Notes under the pieces: generated by a model | The model's input: only the letters and a program-made list of their open reading frames with translations | What the model was told of the DNA's origin: nothing | The model's database searches: none | Assembly: GCA_934271715.1 (NCBI GenBank) | Contig: CAKQRZ010000001.1 | Span: forward strand, 18,819-82,818 | Direction of reading: 5' to 3' | DNA from: an uncultured Alphaproteobacteria bacterium | Lineage (GTDB): Bacteria; Pseudomonadota; Alphaproteobacteria; RF32; CAG-239 | Length of the DNA stretch: 64,000 bases | Shown here: in pieces, positions 1 through 8,557 of the stretch | How the letters are laid out: each line of letters starts with the position of its first letter | How positions within the stretch are numbered: the first letter of the stretch is position 1 | Position numbers and translations under genes: made by a program

Positions 1-162
1 ATAAAACTGGCTACAACTAAAGTTAATCATCTTCAAAACCTGTTAGTTAACGGCGGCAGTATAGGCAGTTATAATGAAGAAGTAACCTTGACCAAAGCAG
101 CAGACGCATGTAATAAAGGTTTAAATAATAAAGTTAATTTCAGTATTAAAGGTTTTTAATAA
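1..162 (+). CDS. Partial CDS (3' end only) of a hypothetical protein. The frame is open from the window edge to a TAA stop at 160-162.
   Basis: Frame 1 is open (IKLATTKVNHLQNLLVNGGSIGSYNEEVTLTKAADACNKGLNNKVNFSIKGF*). It lies immediately upstream of pilin gene 179..778. Confidence 0.3.
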
Positions 163-178
163 GTTAGGAGATTTTGAA

Positions 179-778
179 ATGAATACGGCAAATGAAAATG
201 GTCGCAGTATGATAGAAATGCTGGGCGTTCTGGCAATTATCGGCGTGCTGAGCGTCGGCGGTTTCAGCATGGTTAATAAAATGCAGACTTCTTATGAAAT
301 CAATCAGGTTTTAGACGCCGCCGGCGAGCTGGCAACCCGCACCCGCAATGTGATGCGCAACTATGATTTGGATGATGACAACAGCTCCAAAAACACTTCT
401 ATGAATGAATATCTGCTAAAAGCCAAAGCGGTGCCGGATGTATTTCTAAATTCGGGCGAATTTGAAGTCGGCGATGTAACCTATAACGTGCAGTATTTGG
501 GCGACAGCGTTACCTTTGTGGTGCAGGTGCAGAATCTGACCGAAGAAATGTGCATGCAAATGGTAACAACCAACTGGGGCGGACCAGGCACCAGCGGATT
601 TTTAGGCATGTCGGTTGACGATAGCGCAAATTCGGTTAATGAGGCTATAAAAAACAAAAGTTCGGGTTCTGCCACCGTTGCTCTTATCGGCAGCGCAGAC
701 CATCCGGCGCCTATGGGCATCGGTTCGGCAGCCACGGCTTGCGGCGATGGAAAAACTGTTAACCTGTCATTTAGATAA
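179..778 (+). CDS. Type IV pilin / pseudopilin-like protein with a canonical short leader (MNTANENG|RSMIEML)
   Basis: RBS aggag lies 7 nt upstream of the ATG. The N-terminus has a prepilin cleavage/methylation motif: Gly at -1, Glu at +5, then a hydrophobic helix LGVLAIIGVLSVGG that is shared with seven other genes in the window. Confidence 0.8.
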   Translation: MNTANENGRSMIEMLGVLAIIGVLSVGGFSMVNKMQTSYEINQVLDAAGELATRTRNVMRNYDLDDDNSSKNTSMNEYLLKAKAVPDVFLNSGEFEVGDVTYNVQYLGDSVTFVVQVQNLTEEMCMQMVTTNWGGPGTSGFLGMSVDDSANSVNEAIKNKSSGSATVALIGSADHPAPMGIGSAATACGDGKTVNLSFR

Positions 779-797
779 TCTAACAAAGTGAGGCTGC

Positions 798-2282
798 ATG
801 CTAAAGTTAAAACATATACCGGTTCAGTCTTTCGGCGAAAATATTGCCTATATACATAAAAACTGCGCGCTGTACAAGGTTGACGACCTGAAAAAGGCCA
901 CTCGTCTGGAAATTCATAAAGGCAGCAAAACTATTTATGCGTTTTTGCAGATTGTTGCCGAAGACGGAGTGCTGGCAGATGATGAAATCGGGCTTAATGA
1001 CGAAGCTTTTTCCGCGCTCAATATGTCGGAGGGAACAGAAGTTCATGTCAGCTTAGCGGCGCCGTCCGAAAGCACAAAAGCTCTGCACCGCAAGATATCC
1101 GGTGATGTCTTGACTTCCGGCGAATATGCGACAATTATCGGCGATATTGCGGCCGGACGCTATTCTAAGGCTGATATAGCCGCCTTTTTAGTGGCTTGCT
1201 CGTCTTCAATGAGTGCTACGGAGCTGGTTTCTTTTACCGAAGCTCTGGTTACTAAAAAAGTTTTGCATTGGGATGAAAAAAGCATGGTCGTAGACCAGCA
1301 TTGCTTGGGCGGCGTGCCTGCCGATAAGACTGATTTAGTGGTTTTGGCAATTACGGCGGCGTATGGTTTGCCTATGGCTAAGCCAAGCATCCGCTCGCTG
1401 ACCTCCTGCGCCGGCGTGGCTGATACTATGGGTGTTTTGACCGAGGTTGACTATAACGCGGCAAAATTTCAGAAATTTGTGCGGGCTAACAACGGAGCAA
1501 TCGTAAACTATGACGCTATGGAAGAAACAAAAGTCAACCACTTGCTGCATGATGTGCGCAGCCAGCTGGGCATCAACCAAAATGAGCTGGTTATAGCCTC
1601 TATTCTGGCGATGATGATTTCTGCCGGAGTCAGCCATTTAGTGCTGGATATTCCGGTCGGCGCTAATGCGCGGGTGCGTTCGGCTAATGAGGCAATCCGT
1701 ATCCGCAAGCAGGTTGAATATGTCGGCGATATGCTGGGAATTTCGGTTGACGCGGTGGTTACCGACGGCAGCGAGCCGGTCGGCAGCGGTATTGGGGCGG
1801 TTTTAGAAGCCCGCGATGTACTGAAAATTTTGCAAAACGCGGCAGATGCTCCGATAGACCTCCGCGAAAAGTCTCTGTTTTTGGCGGGGCGGGTGCTTGA
1901 ATTTGATCCGCAGCTGAGGGGCGGGCAGGGCTATGCCGTTGCCAAAGAAATTTTGGAAAGCGGTCGCGCTTTTGAAGCCTTTCAAAAAATTATTTCCGCT
2001 CAAGGGGCAAAGCAAATGCCGGAGCTGGGGCAGTATGTGCGCGAAGTTGTGGCGCCGTATGACGGTGTTGTCAGCGCCATAAACAATGTGACAATCAATA
2101 AAATAGGCGTATATGCCGGCGCCACTCAATGTCTGGGTTCCGGTTTGGACTTAAAAAAGAAAACCGGCGACCGTGTAAAAGCCGGCGAAGTTCTTTACAC
2201 CATCTATTCCTGCAATGCTGCGGATTTTGACGTTGTTTCGCAGCTGGTGGAAGTGGATAGCGGCTATTCTATAGACATATAG
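798..2282 (+). CDS. Thymidine phosphorylase family protein (long roughly 500-aa form, AMP/pyrimidine-nucleoside phosphorylase-like)
   Basis: 494 aa. Its architecture parallels deoA at 62665..63975: a glycosyltransferase-family-3-like core (HCLGGVPADKTDLVVLAITAAYGLPMAKPSIRSLTSCAGVADTMG) followed by a C-terminal PYNP-like domain. Confidence 0.55.
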   Translation: MLKLKHIPVQSFGENIAYIHKNCALYKVDDLKKATRLEIHKGSKTIYAFLQIVAEDGVLADDEIGLNDEAFSALNMSEGTEVHVSLAAPSESTKALHRKISGDVLTSGEYATIIGDIAAGRYSKADIAAFLVACSSSMSATELVSFTEALVTKKVLHWDEKSMVVDQHCLGGVPADKTDLVVLAITAAYGLPMAKPSIRSLTSCAGVADTMGVLTEVDYNAAKFQKFVRANNGAIVNYDAMEETKVNHLLHDVRSQLGINQNELVIASILAMMISAGVSHLVLDIPVGANARVRSANEAIRIRKQVEYVGDMLGISVDAVVTDGSEPVGSGIGAVLEARDVLKILQNAADAPIDLREKSLFLAGRVLEFDPQLRGGQGYAVAKEILESGRAFEAFQKIISAQGAKQMPELGQYVREVVAPYDGVVSAINNVTINKIGVYAGATQCLGSGLDLKKKTGDRVKAGEVLYTIYSCNAADFDVVSQLVEVDSGYSIDI

Positions 2283-2426
2283 CTTAGCGCAACATGTCTA
2301 ACGGCACATCTAAAGGCAACTTACGTTCATTCAGAAAATTCATGTACTATTATGTGCACTAGGATTTTCTCTGCGTTGGAGATAGATTTTATTTATCTGA
2401 TTTCTATGCAGTAGATAAAAATATAT

Positions 2427-2846
2427 CTATAGTGTATAAAATTTTTTTTCGGCAGGAGAAAATGTTTTTGAAGAACAGATTGAATATTTTACTTTTGTCT
2501 GAATAGCTTCAGGCAGAGTGCCAATTATTTTAAATTTTCCATTATTATACAACTCGTTAATTTGTTGCTTTTCAATTTTTTGCATACCGCTTTTACCGCA
2601 ATGAATGCAGCAATTTTTAGTTAATTCTTCAGGCCAATCTTTTGTTGATAACTCTACAACTGAGGCTGCATCATATCTTGCGCGCAGTTTTACTTTTTCT
2701 ACTTTTGAAGTAATGTATAAATATTCCATTGTTTCGGCGTTTACCATTATAATTAAGCGATGCTCTTTATCGCTGCCTATGGGGAAGAGCGCCTTGTAAA
2801 CTTTCCATCTGTCCAATGGAATCATCTTAAATGGCAAATCAATCAA
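2427..2846 (-). CDS. Hypothetical protein. It is the downstream partner of a Panacea-domain gene, overlapping it by 8 nt, and is a candidate toxin.
   Basis: 139-aa ORF that overlaps 2839..3441 by 8 nt in the same orientation. I recognise no family. Confidence 0.4.
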   Translation of the reverse strand: MIDLPFKMIPLDRWKVYKALFPIGSDKEHRLIIMVNAETMEYLYITSKVEKVKLRARYDAASVVELSTKDWPEELTKNCCIHCGKSGMQKIEKQQINELYNNGKFKIIGTLPEAIQTKVKYSICSSKTFSPAEKKFYTL

Positions 2847-3441
2847 TTTTATCTCTTAACGCATTTAAAAAATCTTCGTCCATGGTAAATACATCGTCAT
2901 GCAAGCCTTTTGTTTTAGATTTTTCTAAAGTATCAGGGTTTAGTAAAAAGTCTTTTTCATCCATTAAAAAACGATTTCCATCAACACCCAATTTTTTCTC
3001 AAATTTTTTCCATTCTGGGTAATCATGTGAAATATCACTCAAATCAAATTGGCAGAACTTTCCAAAATTTGAAATAGAAAAATCCAAAGCTTCTTTAAAA
3101 CTTTCTGAAAGTTCATCATCACTTTGTGGTTTAATATAAACAGAATATTCATCAAGACTTTCAACGTCTTTTAATAAATTTGCATCCGAAACTGCTGCAC
3201 ACTCAGGCAATTTATTATTCATAATGTCTTTAGCAGCAGAGGCAACAGGTCCGTTTTTCATTGCGTAATAAGAATCATCAGAAGCTAAGCATCCATAATG
3301 CCGCATATGATAACGATCTGCAAAGAATAAAATTTTTAAAAAATACATAACAGTTTGCTTGCTGTTGTTTGTAGCAGGAGCATGGTTTTGAATATAAAAA
3401 AGCGCTTGCAAAATTTTGCGCATAGAAATTGTATAAGACAT
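2839..3441 (-). CDS. Panacea-domain (DUF4065, SocA-like) antitoxin-like protein
   Basis: The N-terminus KILQALFYIQNHAPATNNSKQTVMYFLKILFFADRYHMRHYGCLASDDSYYAMKNGPVASAAKDIM resembles the DUF4065/Panacea signature (KLQKLLYYAQ...GPV). The C-terminus is acidic. Confidence 0.5.
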   Translation of the reverse strand: MSYTISMRKILQALFYIQNHAPATNNSKQTVMYFLKILFFADRYHMRHYGCLASDDSYYAMKNGPVASAAKDIMNNKLPECAAVSDANLLKDVESLDEYSVYIKPQSDDELSESFKEALDFSISNFGKFCQFDLSDISHDYPEWKKFEKKLGVDGNRFLMDEKDFLLNPDTLEKSKTKGLHDDVFTMDEDFLNALRDKID

Positions 3442-3522
3442 TTTTCTTCCTTTTCTTTTTTTATTATATATTATTTTTATATAAAAATCAATATGTTTTG
3501 TATTTGCTTGTTTTTTACATCA

Positions 3523-4308
3523 TTATTCCATTTCTACAGTAACTGAGCAGCTTTCGGTTGCGCCTGTGCATTTTTTGCAAACTTCATTGATTTGCTGAGG
3601 GGTAATGCTTGTTAAACACTGTTTATTAGAATCCTTGCAATATTTGTCGCCATACCAATAATTTGCGGAGTCATTATTACCTTTGCCGGAGCGCCATACA
3701 CCGGTAAATCTGATAAAGCTGTGCAATGGCGTAAAAACATTAGCCATGATTTCTTCGCAGAATTTTGAAGAAAATGCCGGAGTTGTGGCAGCTCCGTCTG
3801 CGTCATAGTTTGCACCGCCTATTTCTATGCTGAATACAACTCTGTTCCAGCGGGAAAATAAAGCGCTGTTGTTGCCGTAAGCATCTAAAAAAGATGTGTT
3901 GTGATATGCGGCGGCGTTTTGTTCTATAGGCCAATTATCAGGGACTAAGCCTAAGGCTTGTATGGTATCAGCTATGCCGTATACATCGCCTCCGGAATTT
4001 AGTTTTTTAAAGTCTGAAAGATGTTCTACTAACCCCTGCACAAGCTGGTTATATTCTCCGACTGCCTTGGTTAGCTTAAATTTTTCCATGGCTTTGGAAT
4101 AACCTGCGATTCCGCCGACTGATAATACGCCGATAATCGCCAGAACGCCGAGCATTTCTATCATACTCCGCCCGGATTGAGAATAAGCACTTACTCTGCG
4201 TCCCCGGCACCAGTCATTCTTGGGTTTATCCCAAGAATCTTCTCTCAACCAACACTTATGCAATAATAAGGCTAATTTATTGACTAGGTTAGGGACTCGC
4301 TGCAACAA
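3523..4308 (-). CDS. Type IV pilin-like protein with an A-module 5' region. The pilin frame is open upstream to 4506, and the ATG at 4515-4517 is 2 nt out of frame.
   Basis: Mature N-terminus ...SQSG|RSMIEMLGVLAIIGVLSVGGIAGYSKAMEKFK. The C-terminal Cys-rich tail is CKKCTGATESCSVTVEME. The annotated start at 4308 is a TTG artefact of the ORF track. Confidence 0.75.
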   Translation of the reverse strand: MLQRVPNLVNKLALLLHKCWLREDSWDKPKNDWCRGRRVSAYSQSGRSMIEMLGVLAIIGVLSVGGIAGYSKAMEKFKLTKAVGEYNQLVQGLVEHLSDFKKLNSGGDVYGIADTIQALGLVPDNWPIEQNAAAYHNTSFLDAYGNNSALFSRWNRVVFSIEIGGANYDADGAATTPAFSSKFCEEIMANVFTPLHSFIRFTGVWRSGKGNNDSANYWYGDKYCKDSNKQCLTSITPQQINEVCKKCTGATESCSVTVEME

Positions 4309-4480
4309 GATTCTAGGTACAAGACCTAGAATGACTGGTGCTTGAGGCGCTAGCTTAGTGCCGTCTGTTATTTTAGTTTTTACTGTATTATTTCCGAAAG
4401 TGTTATTTTTTCTACCAAACCCTGCAAAAATGTGCTGAACAGCAGAAAAAGTGCCTTTAATCAGATGTTTAGGGTTTGCA

Positions 4481-4494
4481 GAGAGAGAGAGAGA
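4481..4494. repeat. (GA)7/(CT)7 dinucleotide tract between the A-module ATG and the pilin reading frame
   Basis: Direct reading: gca gagagagagagaga cc. The ATG frame reads MKNKLFKGLSLSLQTLNI* and the pilin frame is shifted by +2. Confidence 0.9.
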
Positions 4495-4553
4495 CCTTTG
4501 AATAGCTTATTTTTCATATTTCTTTCCTCTTAAATTATGTTGTTTACACTCCA

Positions 4554-4584
4554 ATTCTATAACAGGCACGCTCAATATGTCAAT
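4554..4584 (-). promoter_or_regulatory. Sigma70-like promoter of A-module (TTGACA-N18-TAGAAT)
   Basis: On the minus strand: TTGACAtattgagcgtgcctgttaTAGAAT, then about 35 nt, the RBS aagaggaaag and the ATG at 4517. The promoter is conserved in module copies at 26.6 kb, 39.1 kb and 55.07 kb. Confidence 0.55.
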
Positions 4585-4603
4585 CTTAAATATTGGCGGA
4601 ATA

Positions 4604-5479
4604 TTAAATTCCGCAGCCTTCTTTTTTACGGTCTTCGCGTTTGCGCAAAATTTCCAAATCTCGGTCGGTGGCAATTTTATTCAAAATTGTTTTCACAACG
4701 CAGTCAATTTCTTTGCCCTCGCGGTAGTCGGCGGCCAAAGCAAAGTTTACGCGGTTGTCTTTCAGCAGCTTAACGGCCTTTTCTTTGTGATGGCTGCGGG
4801 GTTTATAAACCGCAATCGCCGTGCCGTTATGTTCTTTTACCATGCGCATTGACGGAATATCGGTCAGCCCGTCGCCGAAATAAATAATGCGGCTGAACGG
4901 GATGCGGCGCTTATCGTCCGGAGTGTAGTCATTTACGGCCTTGTCTTCAAATTTGCCCAAACCTTTATTGATTTTAGAAAGATACTGCACCTTGCCGGAA
5001 TAATTAACCACGCGCGCCGGCCAAACCGGCAAGCCCTCATCGTTATAGGCAAAAGCGCAGCCGTAGACGTCTTTGAAAAACTTGCGGATGCTGCAGCCCT
5101 CAATAATTTCTTCATAGCCGGAAGAAATTATATAATGCTCAATATCCAGCCCCAGAGTTTTACCGTAGGCGTTGATACGCTCAAACCACTCGTTCACGCC
5201 TTTGAAAAAAACAATAAACTCGCCGCAGCAGAACATATTTTCTTTGGTCAGTTTCAGGCCGGTTTCTTCCGCCGTTTTTTTAAAGTAATACATGCTTCCG
5301 GTCACTTGATCCACGCCGTTTGCCTCTGACCAAGCGTTAGCCTCTTTCCAAAAATTTTCCGGTTTCATTCCCAATTCAGGAATCAAAAAATAATCCTGCA
5401 TATAAGTTGTACTTAGCGTTTCATCAAAATCATAAGCAAACGCCACTTTTGTTCTCTTCATCTTTAATCCCTCTTGCAT
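4604..5479 (-). CDS. HAD-superfamily hydrolase
   Basis: Motif I is AYDFDETLS (DxDxT) and motif IV is FGDGLTD. Confidence 0.6.
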   Translation of the reverse strand: MQEGLKMKRTKVAFAYDFDETLSTTYMQDYFLIPELGMKPENFWKEANAWSEANGVDQVTGSMYYFKKTAEETGLKLTKENMFCCGEFIVFFKGVNEWFERINAYGKTLGLDIEHYIISSGYEEIIEGCSIRKFFKDVYGCAFAYNDEGLPVWPARVVNYSGKVQYLSKINKGLGKFEDKAVNDYTPDDKRRIPFSRIIYFGDGLTDIPSMRMVKEHNGTAIAVYKPRSHHKEKAVKLLKDNRVNFALAADYREGKEIDCVVKTILNKIATDRDLEILRKREDRKKEGCGI

Positions 5480-5545
5480 TTTCTAAAATTATACAGTAAA
5501 ACAAACTTATTAAAAAACATTAAAGAGAAAGAAGGATTTAAAATT

Positions 5546-6904
5546 ATGGTAGCAACTTCTATGGACCAGCTGGTTTCTTTGTGCAAAAGAAGAGGTTTTA
5601 TTTTTCAAAACGCCGATATTTACGGCGGTATGCAAGGCGTTTATGATTACGGTCCGCTCGGTGTGGAACTCAAAAATAACCTAAAAGCCGCTTGGTGGCG
5701 CGCTATGGTTTATGAACGCGACGACGTAGAGGGTTTGGACGCCGCTATTTTAACTAACCGCAAAGTTTTGAAATATTCCGGTCACGAAGATACTTTTTCT
5801 GACCCGATGGTTGATTGCAAAAAGTGCAAAGGCCGTTTTCGTGCAGACCAAATCGGCGGCAAATGTCCTGTTTGCGGTTCAACCGATTTAACCGAGCCGC
5901 GTCCGTTTAACCTGATGTTTAAAACTCAGGTCGGGCCGGTGGAAAGCGATGAAAATATTGCCTATCTGCGTCCGGAAACTGCTCAGGCTATTTTTACGCA
6001 GTTCAAAAATGTGGTAGATTCCACTTCTCGCAAACTGCCTTTCGGTATTGCGCAAATCGGCAAGTCTTTTCGCAATGAGATTACTCCGCGTAACTTTATT
6101 TTCCGCGTGCGTGAGTTTGAGCAAGCCGAATTGGAATATTTTGTTGCGCCGGGTACCGATATGGAATGGCATGAAAAGTGGAAAGAAACCCGTATTCAAT
6201 GGTGGCTGGATCAAGGCTTGGTTAAAGAGCACATGAATATCTATAAAACTCCGGATGACGATTTAGCACACTACGCCAAAGCCTGCTATGATATTGAATA
6301 TCAATTCCCGCATGGTATGGAAGAGCTGGAGGGTATTGCCAACCGCCGCGACTATGATTTGGGGAATCACACCAAAAATCAAGGCGAGTTTCAGCTTGAG
6401 GCTCATTGTCACGCTAATCCGGATTCTACCACAAAATTGTGCATTCAAGATGAAAACGGTAAATGGGTGATTCCATTTGTGATTGAACCTTCTATGGGCG
6501 TTGACCGCGGTGTTCTGGCAGTGTTGACAGAGGCTTATACCGAAGAAGATTTGGGCGATGGCAACAGCCGTGTTGTTTTGAAGCTCAAAAAGCATTTGGC
6601 TCCGATTAAAGTGGCGATTATTCCGCTGAAAAAGAATAACGAGCAAATTATGGCTAAATGCCATGAGCTGAAAAAACAGCTGATGAAACTGGGTATCGGC
6701 CGCGTGGCTTTGGAAAACACCGGCAACATCGGCAAGGCTTACCGCCGCCATGATGAAGTAGGTACGCCGCTGTGCTTGACTGTTGACTTTGAAACTATTG
6801 AACAGCAGCCGGAAAGCGTAACTTTGCGCGACCGCGACACCATGGAGCAAATCCGTGTTAATACCGCTGATTTAGCTGATTATCTGCGCAACTACTTTTT
6901 ATAA
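5546..6904 (+). CDS. glyQS: Glycine--tRNA ligase (class II homodimeric type)
   Basis: N-terminus [51 protein letters not shown]. The start at 5546 has a GGA RBS. The ORF-track start at 5474 is an upstream extension. Confidence 0.85.
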   Translation: MVATSMDQLVSLCKRRGFIFQNADIYGGMQGVYDYGPLGVELKNNLKAAWWRAMVYERDDVEGLDAAILTNRKVLKYSGHEDTFSDPMVDCKKCKGRFRADQIGGKCPVCGSTDLTEPRPFNLMFKTQVGPVESDENIAYLRPETAQAIFTQFKNVVDSTSRKLPFGIAQIGKSFRNEITPRNFIFRVREFEQAELEYFVAPGTDMEWHEKWKETRIQWWLDQGLVKEHMNIYKTPDDDLAHYAKACYDIEYQFPHGMEELEGIANRRDYDLGNHTKNQGEFQLEAHCHANPDSTTKLCIQDENGKWVIPFVIEPSMGVDRGVLAVLTEAYTEEDLGDGNSRVVLKLKKHLAPIKVAIIPLKKNNEQIMAKCHELKKQLMKLGIGRVALENTGNIGKAYRRHDEVGTPLCLTVDFETIEQQPESVTLRDRDTMEQIRVNTADLADYLRNYFL

Positions 6905-7008
6905 GCGATAGGCAGATTTAAGCAAAAGGTTTGGAGCAAAATCCAAGCCTTTTTTATTGCTTTAAATTGGGGCGGCAATGACTATCTTTGAATAAAAAGG
7001 AGGTCAAA

Positions 7009-7320
7009 ATGCGTTTTATTAAGCCGATAAACTTAAATGAAAAGTCGTTTATTTTGGATGTGCGTTTGCCGGAAGAGCGAGCGGTGGAAGAGCTGGGGCT
7101 GCCGCATGTAAATCAGGATTTAGAAAATCTGAATCCGCTGGAATTTATCAAAGAAAATAACATTAAAAAAGACCAGATTATCAATATTTTGTGTTCGTCG
7201 GGCGGCAGGGCGTCGCAGGCAGCGGAAATGTTTGAAAAAGCCGGCTTTAAAAATGTGGCGGTTATTATCGGCGGGCTGGTGGAAGCTGAATACGAGGGGC
7301 TGCCGATTATCCGCCATTAA
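7009..7320 (+). CDS. Rhodanese-like domain protein
   Basis: RBS aaaaaggagg precedes the ATG at 7009. The active-site-like motif CSSGGRASQAAE (Cx4R) is present. Confidence 0.6.
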   Translation: MRFIKPINLNEKSFILDVRLPEERAVEELGLPHVNQDLENLNPLEFIKENNIKKDQIINILCSSGGRASQAAEMFEKAGFKNVAVIIGGLVEAEYEGLPIIRH

Positions 7321-7370
7321 GGCTTGCGTTTTGCGCGGCTTGTGCTATAGTTCCGGCAAAGGAGAAAATT

Positions 7371-8000
7371 ATGCCGGATTGGAAAATTGAAGACGGACAC
7401 CGCGGTTTGATTTGCGGAATTGACGAGGCGGGGCGAGGCCCTTGGGCGGGGCCGGTGGTGGCCGGAGCGGCGGTGTTTTTAACGCGTGAAGTCAGCCCGG
7501 AACTGTTAGCGCAGCTTAATGATTCTAAAAAACTTTCAGCTAAAAAAAGAGAATATTTGTATGAACTTTTGCGGCAGGAAGAGCAAGCCGGACATATTTT
7601 GTGCGGCATAGGCGAGGCGAGTGCGGCGGAGATAGACGAGCTGAATATTTTGCAGGCGACATTTATGGCAATGCGCCGCGCGGTGGAAAATTTGCCGCAA
7701 AAACCGGATATCGCGCTGATAGACGGCAACCGGTTGCCTAAGGATTTTCCGTGTGCTAATGAATGTTTTATCGGCGGCGACGGGCGCTCATATTCTATTG
7801 CCGCGGCCAGTATTTTAGCCAAAGTTTACCGTGACCGGCTGATGAGCGAGATGGCAAAGCAGTATCCGCATTACGGCTTTGAAAAAAACGCCGGTTACGG
7901 CACTAAAGCGCATATAGAAGGCTTGCGGCAATATGGAGTGACGCCGCAGCATCGGCGCAGCTATCGCCCGATTAAAGAGTTTTTAGCAACCGGAAAATAA
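7371..8000 (+). CDS. rnhB: Ribonuclease HII
   Basis: GIDEAGRGPWAGPVVAGA and IDGNRLP motifs. Confidence 0.85.
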   Translation: MPDWKIEDGHRGLICGIDEAGRGPWAGPVVAGAAVFLTREVSPELLAQLNDSKKLSAKKREYLYELLRQEEQAGHILCGIGEASAAEIDELNILQATFMAMRRAVENLPQKPDIALIDGNRLPKDFPCANECFIGGDGRSYSIAAASILAKVYRDRLMSEMAKQYPHYGFEKNAGYGTKAHIEGLRQYGVTPQHRRSYRPIKEFLATGK

Positions 8001-8124
8001 ATCCGGCTTGCATTTTGCAATAAAGTGCAGTATAAAGCTTTTTGTGTGAAATGGAGTTGTACACAAGTTGTACACTAACTGATTGGAAAATTATTAAGTC
8101 ATTGTTTTTACTAACAATATTGTT

Positions 8125-8201
8125 GCAGGCGTAGCTCATCAGGATAGAGCGACTTCCTCCTAAGAAGTAGGCAGGCGGTTCGAGTCCGCCCGCTTGTACC
8201 A
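8125..8201 (+). tRNA. tRNA-Arg (anticodon CCT)
   Basis: Cloverleaf: D-stem GCTC/GAGC, anticodon stem ACTTC/GAAGT with loop ctCCTaa, T-arm GGCGG-TTCGAGT-CCGCC, and a 3' ACCA. The acceptor stem has two G-U pairs. Confidence 0.75.
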
Positions 8202-8365
8202 TTTAGCTTTTCCGCCCTTTCATTTAGTTGAGTTGTATATATTACCATACCATGGTTACCATGCAGTGGCTTTTTCCATTAAGGCATTTTTTATAAGCTT
8301 CATCAATTTCCGTCAATGTCATATTTATAAAATATGCAAAATCAAAGCATAGGAAAAGCCGGAAA

Positions 8366-8541
8366 TGTGTAAAAAAAACGACCGTTTAAAAGGGACAGTT
8401 TTTAGGCTGTTTTTAGTAATGTATCACGGTTTGCTGCAAAATGCAATAACATAATAATTTTGCGTTATTTTTTTCATAATTTTGCAACATTTCAGCAGCT
8501 TGTTTTGAGTGTGTAAAAATAACGGTCGTTTTTTTTACACA
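8366..8541 (+). repeat. B-module element bounded by 21-bp perfect inverted repeats (tgtgtaaaaaaaacgaccgtt ... aacggtcgttttttttacaca), copy 1
   Basis: Inverted repeats at 8366-8386 and 8521-8541. It is followed by taataggaggaataagATG and the conserved 18 codons. Similar copies lie at 26687-26862 and 55125-55300; the inverted repeats are identical in all three, while the internal segment diverges. Confidence 0.8.
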
Positions 8542-8557
8542 TAATAGGAGGAATAAG

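Noticed and set aside
8125-8201. Two G-U pairs in the acceptor stems of both tRNAs raised doubt that they are real tRNAs.
   Set aside because: The D, anticodon and T arms and the CCA ends are canonical in both, and the anticodon loops are standard 7-mers. They are retained as tRNAs with somewhat reduced confidence. G-U pairs are tolerated in acceptor stems.
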